Assembly (NCBI GenBank): GCA_002841395.1 | Contig: PGZM01000001.1 | Coordinates: forward strand, 298,089 to 362,088 | DNA length: 64,000 nt | Direction of reading: 5' to 3' | Source of the DNA: Firmicutes bacterium HGW-Firmicutes-9 | GTDB lineage: Bacteria > Bacillota > Clostridia > Christensenellales > CAG-138 | Shown: positions 9,921-17,626 of the stretch, one piece after another | Layout of the letters: every line of letters begins with the position of its first letter | How positions within the stretch are numbered: position 1 is the stretch's first letter | The notes under the pieces: model-generated | Database searches by the model: none | Told to the model about the DNA's origin: nothing | Seen by the model: only the letters and a program-made list of their open reading frames with translations | Translations under genes and position numbers: made by a program

Positions 9921-10226
9921 ATGATTCTAGCGCGTGTAAGAGGTAACGTTGTCAGCACAAATAAAGCGGAAAAACTGCTTGGATTAAAGTTGCTGATTGT
10001 CGTTCCAATCGATATTGAGACCTTTCAGGAGAAAGGGCAACCGCTCGTTGCCATCGACACGGTGGGGGCTGGCGAGAATGAGGTTGTCATGTGCGTTGGT
10101 GGCAGTTCATCGCGACAAACATCGATTACGGATGGAAAGCCTTCCGATCTGGCGATTATTGCGATCATCGACTCCGTCGAGCTGCGCGGGGATATCGTTT
10201 TTAGAAAATACGAGCAGAAGGAATGA
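9921..10226 (+). CDS. BMC-P vertex pentamer (EutN/CcmL/PduN family), paralog 1
   Basis: MILARVRGNVVSTNKAEKLLGLKLLIVVPID...AIDTVGAGENEVVMCVGGSSSR; RBS AGGAGAAAACC. Confidence 0.9.
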   Translation: MILARVRGNVVSTNKAEKLLGLKLLIVVPIDIETFQEKGQPLVAIDTVGAGENEVVMCVGGSSSRQTSITDGKPSDLAIIAIIDSVELRGDIVFRKYEQKE

Positions 10227-10322
10227 TCTGCGCGCTGTCGCATAACCGCAACCGACCTTCGGCCTGCATTTTGCATGCGATTTTGCAGGCGGCCGGAGTA
10301 GCAAGGACAGGGAGTGATTTAA

Positions 10323-11729
10323 ATGAGTTTATCGGATGAGCAAATTCGAATGATAATTGAGGATACGGTCAAGCAGATTTCCGGCATCGGCAGCGGCGTG
10401 AGCACTGCTCCGACCTGCTGGCTCTGCGACGACCCGGAAAGCGCGATCCAGGCCGCTAAAGCCTCGCAGGAACAGCTGATGAAGTTATCTCTTGAAGAGC
10501 GCGGCAGACTGATCGAATCCATGCGTATAGCCGCTCGCGAACAGGTCAACTACCTCTCTGAGCTTGCGCATAAGGAGACGGGATATGGCAAGGTCGCGGA
10601 CAAAATTAAGAAAAATCTTTTAGCGATTAATAAAACCCCTGGCATAGAGGACTTACCGACGAGCGCCATGAGCGGCGACTTCGGTCTTACCATTGTGGAA
10701 TGCGCTCCGTTTGGTGTTATCGGGTCGATCACACCTTCCACAAACCCGACATCCAGCGTGATCAACAATTCTATCAGCATGATCGCTGCTGGAAATGCGG
10801 TTGTTTACAACCCGCACCCCGCGGCGAAACAAGCGTCGATCGAGACGATGCGCATCCTAAACGAAGCCATCGTAAAGGCTGGGGGACCGCCGGCGCTGAT
10901 CTGCACGGTTAAGAACCCAACGCTGGAAACGGGCAAATATATCATGGAACATCCGGATATTCCGCTACTGTCCATTACTGGCGGCGAAGCGGTGGTGAAG
11001 GTTGCGATGAAGACGGGAAAGAAAGTTATCGCCGCGGGCCCAGGCAATCCGCCAGTCATCGTGGACGATTCGGCAGATATCAAAAAAGCCGCTCAGGATA
11101 TCGTAGACGGGGCGAGCTTTGATAACAACGTGCTCTGCATTGCTGAGAAGGAGGTTTTCGCCATTTCAGAAATTGCGGAACCGCTCATGCGCCATATGGA
11201 ACTGAACGGCGCGTATCGTCTGACGGGATCAGATGTAGAGAAGGTTGTCAAGACGGTCTTAATACACGAGAACGGTAAATACGTGGTCAATCGCAAGTTT
11301 GTTGGCCGCGATGCGACATATATCGCCAGCGAAAGCGGCGTGAACTACACGGGCAACCCAAGGTTGCTCATCGCCAGTGTGGAGGAAAACCACCCGTTTG
11401 TCACGGTCGAGATGCTAATGCCGGTGCTCGGTGTCGTTCAGGTGTACACGATTGAAGAAGCAATATCAAAGGCAATCAAGGCAGAGAACGGCTGCAAGCA
11501 CACGGCCATGATCCACTCTCAGAATGTAACGCATCTGACCATGGCGGCAAAAGCGATGAACACCACGATTTTCGTCAAGAACGCACCATCCTATGCGGGA
11601 CTCGGATTCAACGGCGAGGGGTTCACGACACTAACCATCGCGACCCCGACCGGCGAGGGACTGACGAGCGCGAGAACGTTTACCCGCTCGCGCAGGTGTG
11701 TTCTGTATGGCAACTTGAGGATCGTGTAA
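10323..11729 (+). CDS. CoA-acylating aldehyde dehydrogenase (PduP/EutE family) with N-terminal encapsulation peptide
   Basis: N-terminal MSLSDEQIRMIIEDTVKQISGIG. Catalytic Cys context FDNNVLCIAEKEV. Length of 468 aa is typical of BMC AldDH. Confidence 0.9.
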   Translation: MSLSDEQIRMIIEDTVKQISGIGSGVSTAPTCWLCDDPESAIQAAKASQEQLMKLSLEERGRLIESMRIAAREQVNYLSELAHKETGYGKVADKIKKNLLAINKTPGIEDLPTSAMSGDFGLTIVECAPFGVIGSITPSTNPTSSVINNSISMIAAGNAVVYNPHPAAKQASIETMRILNEAIVKAGGPPALICTVKNPTLETGKYIMEHPDIPLLSITGGEAVVKVAMKTGKKVIAAGPGNPPVIVDDSADIKKAAQDIVDGASFDNNVLCIAEKEVFAISEIAEPLMRHMELNGAYRLTGSDVEKVVKTVLIHENGKYVVNRKFVGRDATYIASESGVNYTGNPRLLIASVEENHPFVTVEMLMPVLGVVQVYTIEEAISKAIKAENGCKHTAMIHSQNVTHLTMAAKAMNTTIFVKNAPSYAGLGFNGEGFTTLTIATPTGEGLTSARTFTRSRRCVLYGNLRIV

Positions 11730-11744
11730 CACGGAGGATGAAGC

Positions 11745-13082
11745 ATGGGTGTTGTAGAACAAATCCGTGACGCAGGCGTCGTTGGTGCTGGCGGAGCGGG
11801 TTTCCCGACACATATCAAAGCAGGCGGCAAGGCGGAAATCGTTCTGGCAAATGGTGCCGAATGTGAGCCGCTGCTGCGCGTCGACCGCCTGATGATGCAG
11901 CATTATCCGCAGCAGGTTGTTCGCGGGCTCAAGGCGATCATGGAGTCAACCGGCGCAGGCAGTGGTGTCATCTGCCTGAAAAAGAAGTATCACGACGCGA
12001 TCGATGCGCTGGAACAGGCGATCTCCGGGGAACCGAATATCCGTCTGTTTGAGATGGAGAGCTATTATCCCGCAGGTGACGAGCAACAAATGGTCTACGA
12101 GGTCACGGGCAAGGTAGTGCCGACCGGCGGCATACCGCTGGATGTTGGTGCGGTGGTCTGCAACGTCAGTACATTGATCAATATCGCCAACGCGATGGAC
12201 GGTCAACCCGTGATCGACAAGGTAGTTACTGTAGGCGGCGAGGTGAAGCGGCCGGTCACGTTGAGAGTACCGATCGGCACCCCGATCCGGCTTCTGGTGG
12301 AAGCAGCGCAGGGGCCGAAAAGCCTTGATGGATACACGATCGTAATCGGCGGACCTGCGACGGGGAAACTCTGTAACGATTGGGACGAGCCGGTCACGAA
12401 AACGACCGGCGGAGTATTGGTGTTTCCGTCTGATCACCCGTTGATTCAGAAGAAAACGGACCAGAAGGAAGTGGACTGGAAGCTCGCCAAAGCGGTCTGC
12501 TGCCAATGCAACATTTGCACGCAGATTTGTCCGCGCAATAACCTCGGCCTCGGCGTAGAGCCGCACAAGGCGATGCGCGCTGCGTTTATGTCCAACGGGA
12601 AACTGCTCGGCGATTACAACGGAATCTTCTCCTGCTGCGACTGCGGGCTCTGCAGTTATTATGCCTGCAACTTCGGGCTCAGCCCGAGCCGCATGATGGC
12701 GCGCATGAAAGCGGGTCTGCGCCAGAATGGCGTAAAGCCGGAGAAGCGGATTCGCACCAGCGTATCCCAGAGCCTCGAGTGCACCAAGGTTCCGACCAAG
12801 CGGCTGATGTCTCGCATGGGGATTCTACAGTACGACACGGAAACACCGCTGGACGAGCAGGGCGTATCCGTTTCGATCGTACAAATTCCATTGAGCATGC
12901 ATATCGGTGCGCCGTCGATCTCGGTGGTCAAATACGGGGATCGGGTAGCAAAGGGCCAATTAATCGCAGAGATTCCGGAGAAGAGCTTGGGCGCGCGGAT
13001 TCACGCAAGCATCGGTGGAATCGTAACAAACATCACAAACAACATGATAGAGATATCAGCGCAGAAGCGGGATAAGGAGTAG
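11745..13082 (+). CDS. PduS-like NAD(H)-binding Fe-S flavoprotein (RnfC/SLBB-type)
   Basis: GVVGAGGAGFPTHIK (NADH/FMN-binding Complex1_51K-like). Two Cys clusters, CCQCNICTQICPRN and CCDCGLCSYYACNFG. C-terminal barrel-sandwich-like region. Confidence 0.85.
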   Translation: MGVVEQIRDAGVVGAGGAGFPTHIKAGGKAEIVLANGAECEPLLRVDRLMMQHYPQQVVRGLKAIMESTGAGSGVICLKKKYHDAIDALEQAISGEPNIRLFEMESYYPAGDEQQMVYEVTGKVVPTGGIPLDVGAVVCNVSTLINIANAMDGQPVIDKVVTVGGEVKRPVTLRVPIGTPIRLLVEAAQGPKSLDGYTIVIGGPATGKLCNDWDEPVTKTTGGVLVFPSDHPLIQKKTDQKEVDWKLAKAVCCQCNICTQICPRNNLGLGVEPHKAMRAAFMSNGKLLGDYNGIFSCCDCGLCSYYACNFGLSPSRMMARMKAGLRQNGVKPEKRIRTSVSQSLECTKVPTKRLMSRMGILQYDTETPLDEQGVSVSIVQIPLSMHIGAPSISVVKYGDRVAKGQLIAEIPEKSLGARIHASIGGIVTNITNNMIEISAQKRDKE

Positions 13083-13086
13083 GGTC

Positions 13087-13632
13087 TTGAACGCATTAGG
13101 CATGATTGAAACAAACAGCATTCCGGCGGGGATTGAAGCCGGGGATGCGATGCTCAAAGCGGCCGATGTCACGCTGGCAAGCGCTCAGCCGGTCTGCGCG
13201 GGCAAATATATCGTGATCGTCTCCGGCGGCGTTGCGGCGGTGGATGCTGCGGTAGCGGCGGGCGTTGCAACCGCGGCTGAGGTGCTGGTGGATAGCATCG
13301 TGATTCCAAATGTACACGAACAGGTGATTCAGGCCATCGGTGCTTGCTCGGAAGTGTTTTCAACCGGCGCGCTGGGACTGATCGAGACGTTTTCGCTCGC
13401 TTCCGCGGTGATTTGCGCTGATACGGCGGTCAAGGCCGCAAACGTGAATCTCATCGAGATTCGGCTCGGGCGCGGGCTTGGCGGCAAGTCGTTTATCACG
13501 ATGATCGGCGAGGTTTCCGCGGTGCGCTTTGCAGTAGAGTCGGCGGAAAAACTCGAGGAAACAAAAGGAATGGTCGCGCGGACGGTGGTCATCCCGTCAC
13601 CGCATCCAGATATTTTACAGACAATCTTTTAA
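13087..13632 (+). CDS. BMC-T tandem-domain shell protein, PduT-like
   Basis: Two BMC domains: ALGMIETNSIPAGIEAGDAMLKAADV and ALGLIETFSLASAVICADTAVKAANV. Cys37 (QPVCAGK) sits at the position of the PduT pore [4Fe-4S] ligand. TTG start at 13087 (alternative ATG at 13102). Confidence 0.85.
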   Translation: MNALGMIETNSIPAGIEAGDAMLKAADVTLASAQPVCAGKYIVIVSGGVAAVDAAVAAGVATAAEVLVDSIVIPNVHEQVIQAIGACSEVFSTGALGLIETFSLASAVICADTAVKAANVNLIEIRLGRGLGGKSFITMIGEVSAVRFAVESAEKLEETKGMVARTVVIPSPHPDILQTIF

Positions 13633-13659
13633 CCGTTACGCAGAGACAAGGAGAAGAAT

Positions 13660-13983
13660 ATGGAAAAACAAGCACTTGGTCTGGTGGAAACCAAAGGTCT
13701 TGTCGGCGCGATTGAAGCCGCTGACGCGATGGTAAAGGCAGCAAACGTTACGTTGATCGGTAAAGAGAACATTGGCTCAGGCTTGGTCACCGTGATGGTT
13801 CGCGGCGATGTCGGGGCGGTGAAGGCAGCCGTGGAAGCGGGTTCCGCGGCGGCAAAGCGTGTCGGCGAGCTCGTCAGCTCGCATGTGATCCCTCGTCCGC
13901 ACGACGAGGTGGAGGGAATCCTTCCGCAACAGGCTGCCACGACAGAGAAACCGCAGGCAAAAAAAGCGACTGTAAAGAAATAA
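13660..13983 (+). CDS. BMC-H shell protein, paralog 3, with Lys-rich C-terminal tail
   Basis: Canonical BMC-H core plus an extra tail, [18 protein letters not shown]. Confidence 0.95.
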   Translation: MEKQALGLVETKGLVGAIEAADAMVKAANVTLIGKENIGSGLVTVMVRGDVGAVKAAVEAGSAAAKRVGELVSSHVIPRPHDEVEGILPQQAATTEKPQAKKATVKK

Positions 13984-14019
13984 GTTTGGTACTGGCGGAT
14001 CGAAAGGGGTGAACCCATC

Positions 14020-14286
14020 ATGTACACCGGAATAGTTGTCGGTTCGGTCGTATCGACAGCAAAGGACGAGAAGCTGCAAGGGATAAAGTTGCTCGTTGTA
14101 CAGATGATCGAAAACGGAAAACCAACCAAACTCATCGTTGCCGCGGACCAGACAAGACAGGCCGGACAGGATGATTTTGTGTACCTGATTGGCTCGAAAG
14201 AGGCCTCGCTCATCTTTCGGGGCGGATTGGTCCCTGCAGATGCGGCGATCGTTGGATTTGTAGATCAATATAACGAATATATTTAA
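14020..14286 (+). CDS. BMC-P vertex pentamer, paralog 2
   Basis: MYTGIVVGSVVSTAKDEKLQGIKLLVVQMIENGKPTKLIVAADQTRQAGQDDFVYL. Confidence 0.9.
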   Translation: MYTGIVVGSVVSTAKDEKLQGIKLLVVQMIENGKPTKLIVAADQTRQAGQDDFVYLIGSKEASLIFRGGLVPADAAIVGFVDQYNEYI

Positions 14287-14304
14287 TAGTAAGGAGAATG
14301 CACA

Positions 14305-14577
14305 ATGGAAAAGCAAGCATTGGGAATGGTGGAAACCAAGGGCCTCGTAGGCGCGATCGAAGCCGCAGACGCAATGGTAAAGGCTGCGAACGTCACGCTC
14401 ATCGGTAAGGAAAAGATCGGCTCGGGTCTCGTGACCGTGATGGTACGCGGGGATGTCGGTGCGGTGAAAGCATCTGTTGAGGCTGGCGCCGCTGCAGCAA
14501 AACGCGTTGGAGAGCTGTACTCTGTCCATGTGATTCCGCGCCCGCATGAAGATGTGGAAGGTATTCTACCGAAATAA
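14305..14577 (+). CDS. BMC-H shell protein, paralog 4
   Basis: [55 protein letters not shown]; RBS AAGGAGAATGCACA. Confidence 0.95.
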   Translation: MEKQALGMVETKGLVGAIEAADAMVKAANVTLIGKEKIGSGLVTVMVRGDVGAVKASVEAGAAAAKRVGELYSVHVIPRPHEDVEGILPK

Positions 14578-14640
14578 CTTGCATAGACGGGAACCAGTAC
14601 ATCGTTTTATGAACGAGAACAGGATCGGAGATGCCACAAA

Positions 14641-14931
14641 TTGAGGATTGCTAGAGTAGTTGGCAATGTAGTTTCAACAATCAAGGACAGAAAGTTTCAT
14701 GGGCACAAACTCATGATTGTTGAGTTTGTCGATTTGAACGGAAACCCGATCGAATCGCGCCAGATCGCCTTTGACGCTGCGAACGCGGGCGTAGGTGATC
14801 TTGTGCTGGTCAATGTGGATGGCGGTGCGACAAAGATGTTTTTCAACGACGATGAACTGATTGCCGACTGGACAATCTGCGGTGTTTTGGATCATTACTC
14901 AATCGATGGCGTAACGATACGCAAACCGTAA
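14641..14931 (+). CDS. BMC-P vertex pentamer, paralog 3
   Basis: TTG start. MRIARVVGNVVSTIKDRKFHGHKLMIVEFVDLNGNP...AFDAANAGVGDLVLVNVDGGA. Confidence 0.85.
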   Translation: MRIARVVGNVVSTIKDRKFHGHKLMIVEFVDLNGNPIESRQIAFDAANAGVGDLVLVNVDGGATKMFFNDDELIADWTICGVLDHYSIDGVTIRKP

Positions 14932-14950
14932 CAGACAGAGGTGAAGACAC

Positions 14951-15718
14951 TTGGATATTGAAGCGATCGTGGCGAAAGTCACGCAAGAGGTATATGCGCG
15001 CCTTGCGCCTGCCGAGCTGGCTGAAGGCGCAAAACCCGCACGGGCGAGAATGCTCACCGGCATGGAGCTGGCAGGCTCGTTGGAGCACTCGCTGCTAAAC
15101 CCGGACACATCCACTGATAAGATCAAGCAGGGCTGCGAGGAAGCGAAGAAATTTGGCTTTGTGAACGTCTGCGTTTCACCTTACTTTGTCAGTCTGGCAA
15201 AAGAGCGGCTGGGTGGATGCAACGTTGGTATCTGTGTGCCCGTTGGATTTCCGCACGGCGCGGCATCTACAAAGGCGAAGTGCGCGGAGATTCGAGAGGC
15301 GATTCTAAACGGAGCAACCGAGCTGGATGTATCGCTGCAGATCGTTGCGATCAAGTCCGGCGACTACGACGCGGTGGAAAAAGATTTGGCGGAGATGATC
15401 TCCGTCGCGGGCGGACGAGCGAAGGTCAAGGCAATCTATGAGCAGGGGCTTTTGACGGACGAAGAGAAGCTGAGGACGCTTGCGATTATTCAAAGAAGCT
15501 GTGCCGATTACGTGAAGATATCCAACGCATTGACCGGAGCGAAAGCGTGCATGAACGACGTCAAATTCGTGCGCTCTATCGTTGGCCTGGGGATAGGCAT
15601 TAAGATTGACGGCGGGATCAAGGACGCAAAGACCGCTTCCATCTTGCTGGGTTCGGGTGCAAATCGCCTCGGATGCAGCGCGTCGGTGCAGATTGTGACC
15701 ATACCGGCTGAACCGTAA
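14951..15718 (+). CDS. deoC: Deoxyribose-phosphate aldolase paralog 2 (divergent active-site context) with N-terminal encapsulation-peptide-like helix
   Basis: TTG start 7 nt after AGAGGTGA. N-terminal MDIEAIVAKVTQEVYARLAP. DERA-like LEHSLLNPDTS and VPVGFPHG. The Schiff-base region reads YVKISNALTGAKA and the second Lys region GIKIDGGIKD, both divergent from paralogs 1 and 3. Confidence 0.8.
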   Translation: MDIEAIVAKVTQEVYARLAPAELAEGAKPARARMLTGMELAGSLEHSLLNPDTSTDKIKQGCEEAKKFGFVNVCVSPYFVSLAKERLGGCNVGICVPVGFPHGAASTKAKCAEIREAILNGATELDVSLQIVAIKSGDYDAVEKDLAEMISVAGGRAKVKAIYEQGLLTDEEKLRTLAIIQRSCADYVKISNALTGAKACMNDVKFVRSIVGLGIGIKIDGGIKDAKTASILLGSGANRLGCSASVQIVTIPAEP

Positions 15719-15826
15719 GTAACGTTTTTAACGGTTGTCGCTGGATGCGTCGCCCTTTTTGGCGTTGCTTCTTAGGTGAATGCAGGCAGGAGTTTATTTG
15801 AGCGCTACCTACAGGAGAGTATTGCT

Positions 15827-16399
15827 ATGAAAATGGTCAAAGATAAGAAACTTGCCATCGGCGCGGATTTTGCCGGATATCCATTGAAGGAGGCGGTCGT
15901 TGCGCACCTGAAAAAGAAGGGGTGGGAGATCGAAGATGTCGGCGTAACGGATTTATCCGTAGACAGCGATGAGAATATGTTTCATCGGGTTGGGTTGCGC
16001 CTTGGAGCGAAGATATCGGAAGGCGAATATGAACGTGCGTTGGCATTCTGTGGGACTGGCATGGGGATTCACATCGCGGCATCAAAGTGTCCGCGCGTCC
16101 ATGCGGGCGTTGTGGAGAGTGTTCCAGCAGCATTGCGCGCCATCACAGGCAATGGCGTAAATGTACTGGCGATGGGTGCATTTTACGTTGCGCCAAAGAT
16201 GGGTTGCGACATTGCCGATGTATATCTGAACGCCTCTTTGGGCAGCGGGTATGAATGGTGGACGAACTTCTATGAGTTCCATAAGTTGGCGATCGATGAA
16301 CTTGATGCCTTCGACTACGAGACGTATAAAGCAAATGGATTTAAACTAAAATACCTTGGTAACTATCCAATCAAACTTGAAGTAAAACCCGAAGATTAA
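15827..16399 (+). CDS. RpiB/LacA/LacB-family sugar-phosphate isomerase with about 45-aa C-terminal extension
   Basis: ATG at 15827 follows AGGAGAG. Motifs LAIGADFAGYPLKE and AFCGTGMGIHIAASK (catalytic Cys context). Extra C-terminal segment WWTNFYEFHKLAIDELDAFDYETYKANGFKLKYL... Confidence 0.8.
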   Translation: MKMVKDKKLAIGADFAGYPLKEAVVAHLKKKGWEIEDVGVTDLSVDSDENMFHRVGLRLGAKISEGEYERALAFCGTGMGIHIAASKCPRVHAGVVESVPAALRAITGNGVNVLAMGAFYVAPKMGCDIADVYLNASLGSGYEWWTNFYEFHKLAIDELDAFDYETYKANGFKLKYLGNYPIKLEVKPED

Positions 16400-16407
16400 A
16401 AAACGAA

Positions 16408-16447
16408 CTGGATAGAACGAATCGATTCTATCCAGTTTTACTTTTTT
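16408..16447 (+). terminator. Intrinsic terminator closing the BMC operon
   Basis: ctggatagaa-cgaatcga-ttctatccag followed by ttttactttttt. Confidence 0.8.
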
Positions 16448-16579
16448 GCGGTAAAATGAATCTACGATATATCGCTATTCAAAACTCTGCCATTCACCAA
16501 TCAACTTGAATGTGATATCTGGATAGGGAGAACCTCGAAGAGGAATTACTCGCCCTTTGACTCGAGAAGGAGCCAAATA

Positions 16580-17626
16580 ATGTCTCGTATTCAAGAGATA
16601 GCTTCGAAAGCGAACGTATCAATCTCAACGGTTTCCAGGGTCTTCAATAATTCCGGCTATGTAGCGGAAGACAAGAGGACTGCTGTTCTTGATGCAGCAA
16701 AACAGCTGGGATACAAGATACCAAAGAAAACCAAGGGTGAATACGATAAGATGGTTAGCGATGTGGTCGGCATTGTGGTGCCGGATATCAACAACCCTTT
16801 CTTCAGCGAGTCCATAAAAGGCATGATGAAGGTTATGCGCGAGAACGATATTCATAGTTTAATTTGCGATACGGATGAAAGTCCTGAAATAGAAATTCGA
16901 TCGTTGCAAACTCTTCGTCGGCAAAAGGTGGGGGGACTTATCATTACACCGGTATCAAGCGCAGTGGAGTATAACGCAGAGTATCTTAGGGAATTCAACA
17001 ATCTCGGCATGCCTATTGTGTTGCTAGACCGCGACATTAAGTTTTCCGGTTTTGACGGTGTTTTTCTTGATAGTTTTCGCGGAACATTGGATGCTGTTCA
17101 GACACTGATTAATAACGGGCATACGGAGATTGCAATAATTGCAGGCCTGATCACATCAAAACCTGGTTTGGATCGCCTGGAAGGGTATCTGGAAGCGCTG
17201 CGACAGAACAATATCCCCATCAAGGAAGAGTATATCCTCTACGGCAACTTCAAACAGGACAAAGCATACGACTTAACATCGAAACTACTCGAAACAAAAA
17301 AAGAAGTCACCGCAATTTTCTCTTCGAACAACCTGATGTCCGTTGGCTGTTTTGAGGCGATTAACAATAAAGGATTAAAAATCCCGGATGACATTTCGCT
17401 TATCTCGTTTGACGATTTCTATTTCTTTGGCGCGGGCAATATCAACATCAGCGCTGTGTTACGCCCGACAATGCAGATGGGCGTTGAAGCTGCGATGCTT
17501 CTTGTTGACCAAATCAAGTCGAAGAGAAGACCGAAAGATCAAATGTCAAAGCGAATCATTCTCTCGCCACATCTCCTTTTGCGAGGTTCGGAGAAGTACC
17601 CGACCAATCGGTTGCCGAAACCGTAG
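16580..17626 (+). CDS. LacI-family transcriptional regulator
   Basis: HTH MSRIQEIASKANVSISTVSRVFNNSGYV followed by a periplasmic-binding-like effector domain. RBS GAAGGAG. Confidence 0.9.
   Translation: MSRIQEIASKANVSISTVSRVFNNSGYVAEDKRTAVLDAAKQLGYKIPKKTKGEYDKMVSDVVGIVVPDINNPFFSESIKGMMKVMRENDIHSLICDTDESPEIEIRSLQTLRRQKVGGLIITPVSSAVEYNAEYLREFNNLGMPIVLLDRDIKFSGFDGVFLDSFRGTLDAVQTLINNGHTEIAIIAGLITSKPGLDRLEGYLEALRQNNIPIKEEYILYGNFKQDKAYDLTSKLLETKKEVTAIFSSNNLMSVGCFEAINNKGLKIPDDISLISFDDFYFFGAGNINISAVLRPTMQMGVEAAMLLVDQIKSKRRPKDQMSKRIILSPHLLLRGSEKYPTNRLPKP

Noticed and set aside
13777-14547. 256-aa minus-strand ORF inside the BMC operon
   Set aside because: Antisense to three canonical shell genes (BMC-H, BMC-P, BMC-H). 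It has no RBS and a junk composition.
7132-16399. Classification of the BMC as PDU, EUT or glycyl-radical (GRM) type
   Set aside because: No diol dehydratase (pduCDE), ethanolamine ammonia-lyase (eutBC), glycyl-radical enzyme/activase or cobalamin-handling genes are present. The only candidate signature enzymes are DeoC aldolases and an RpiB-type isomerase.
16465-16474. Palindrome cgatatatcg upstream of lacI as the LacI operator
   Set aside because: It is only 10 bp with an AT centre, unlike typical 14-20-bp LacI-family operators with a central CG. No matching copy was seen in the transporter or BMC promoter regions by eye.
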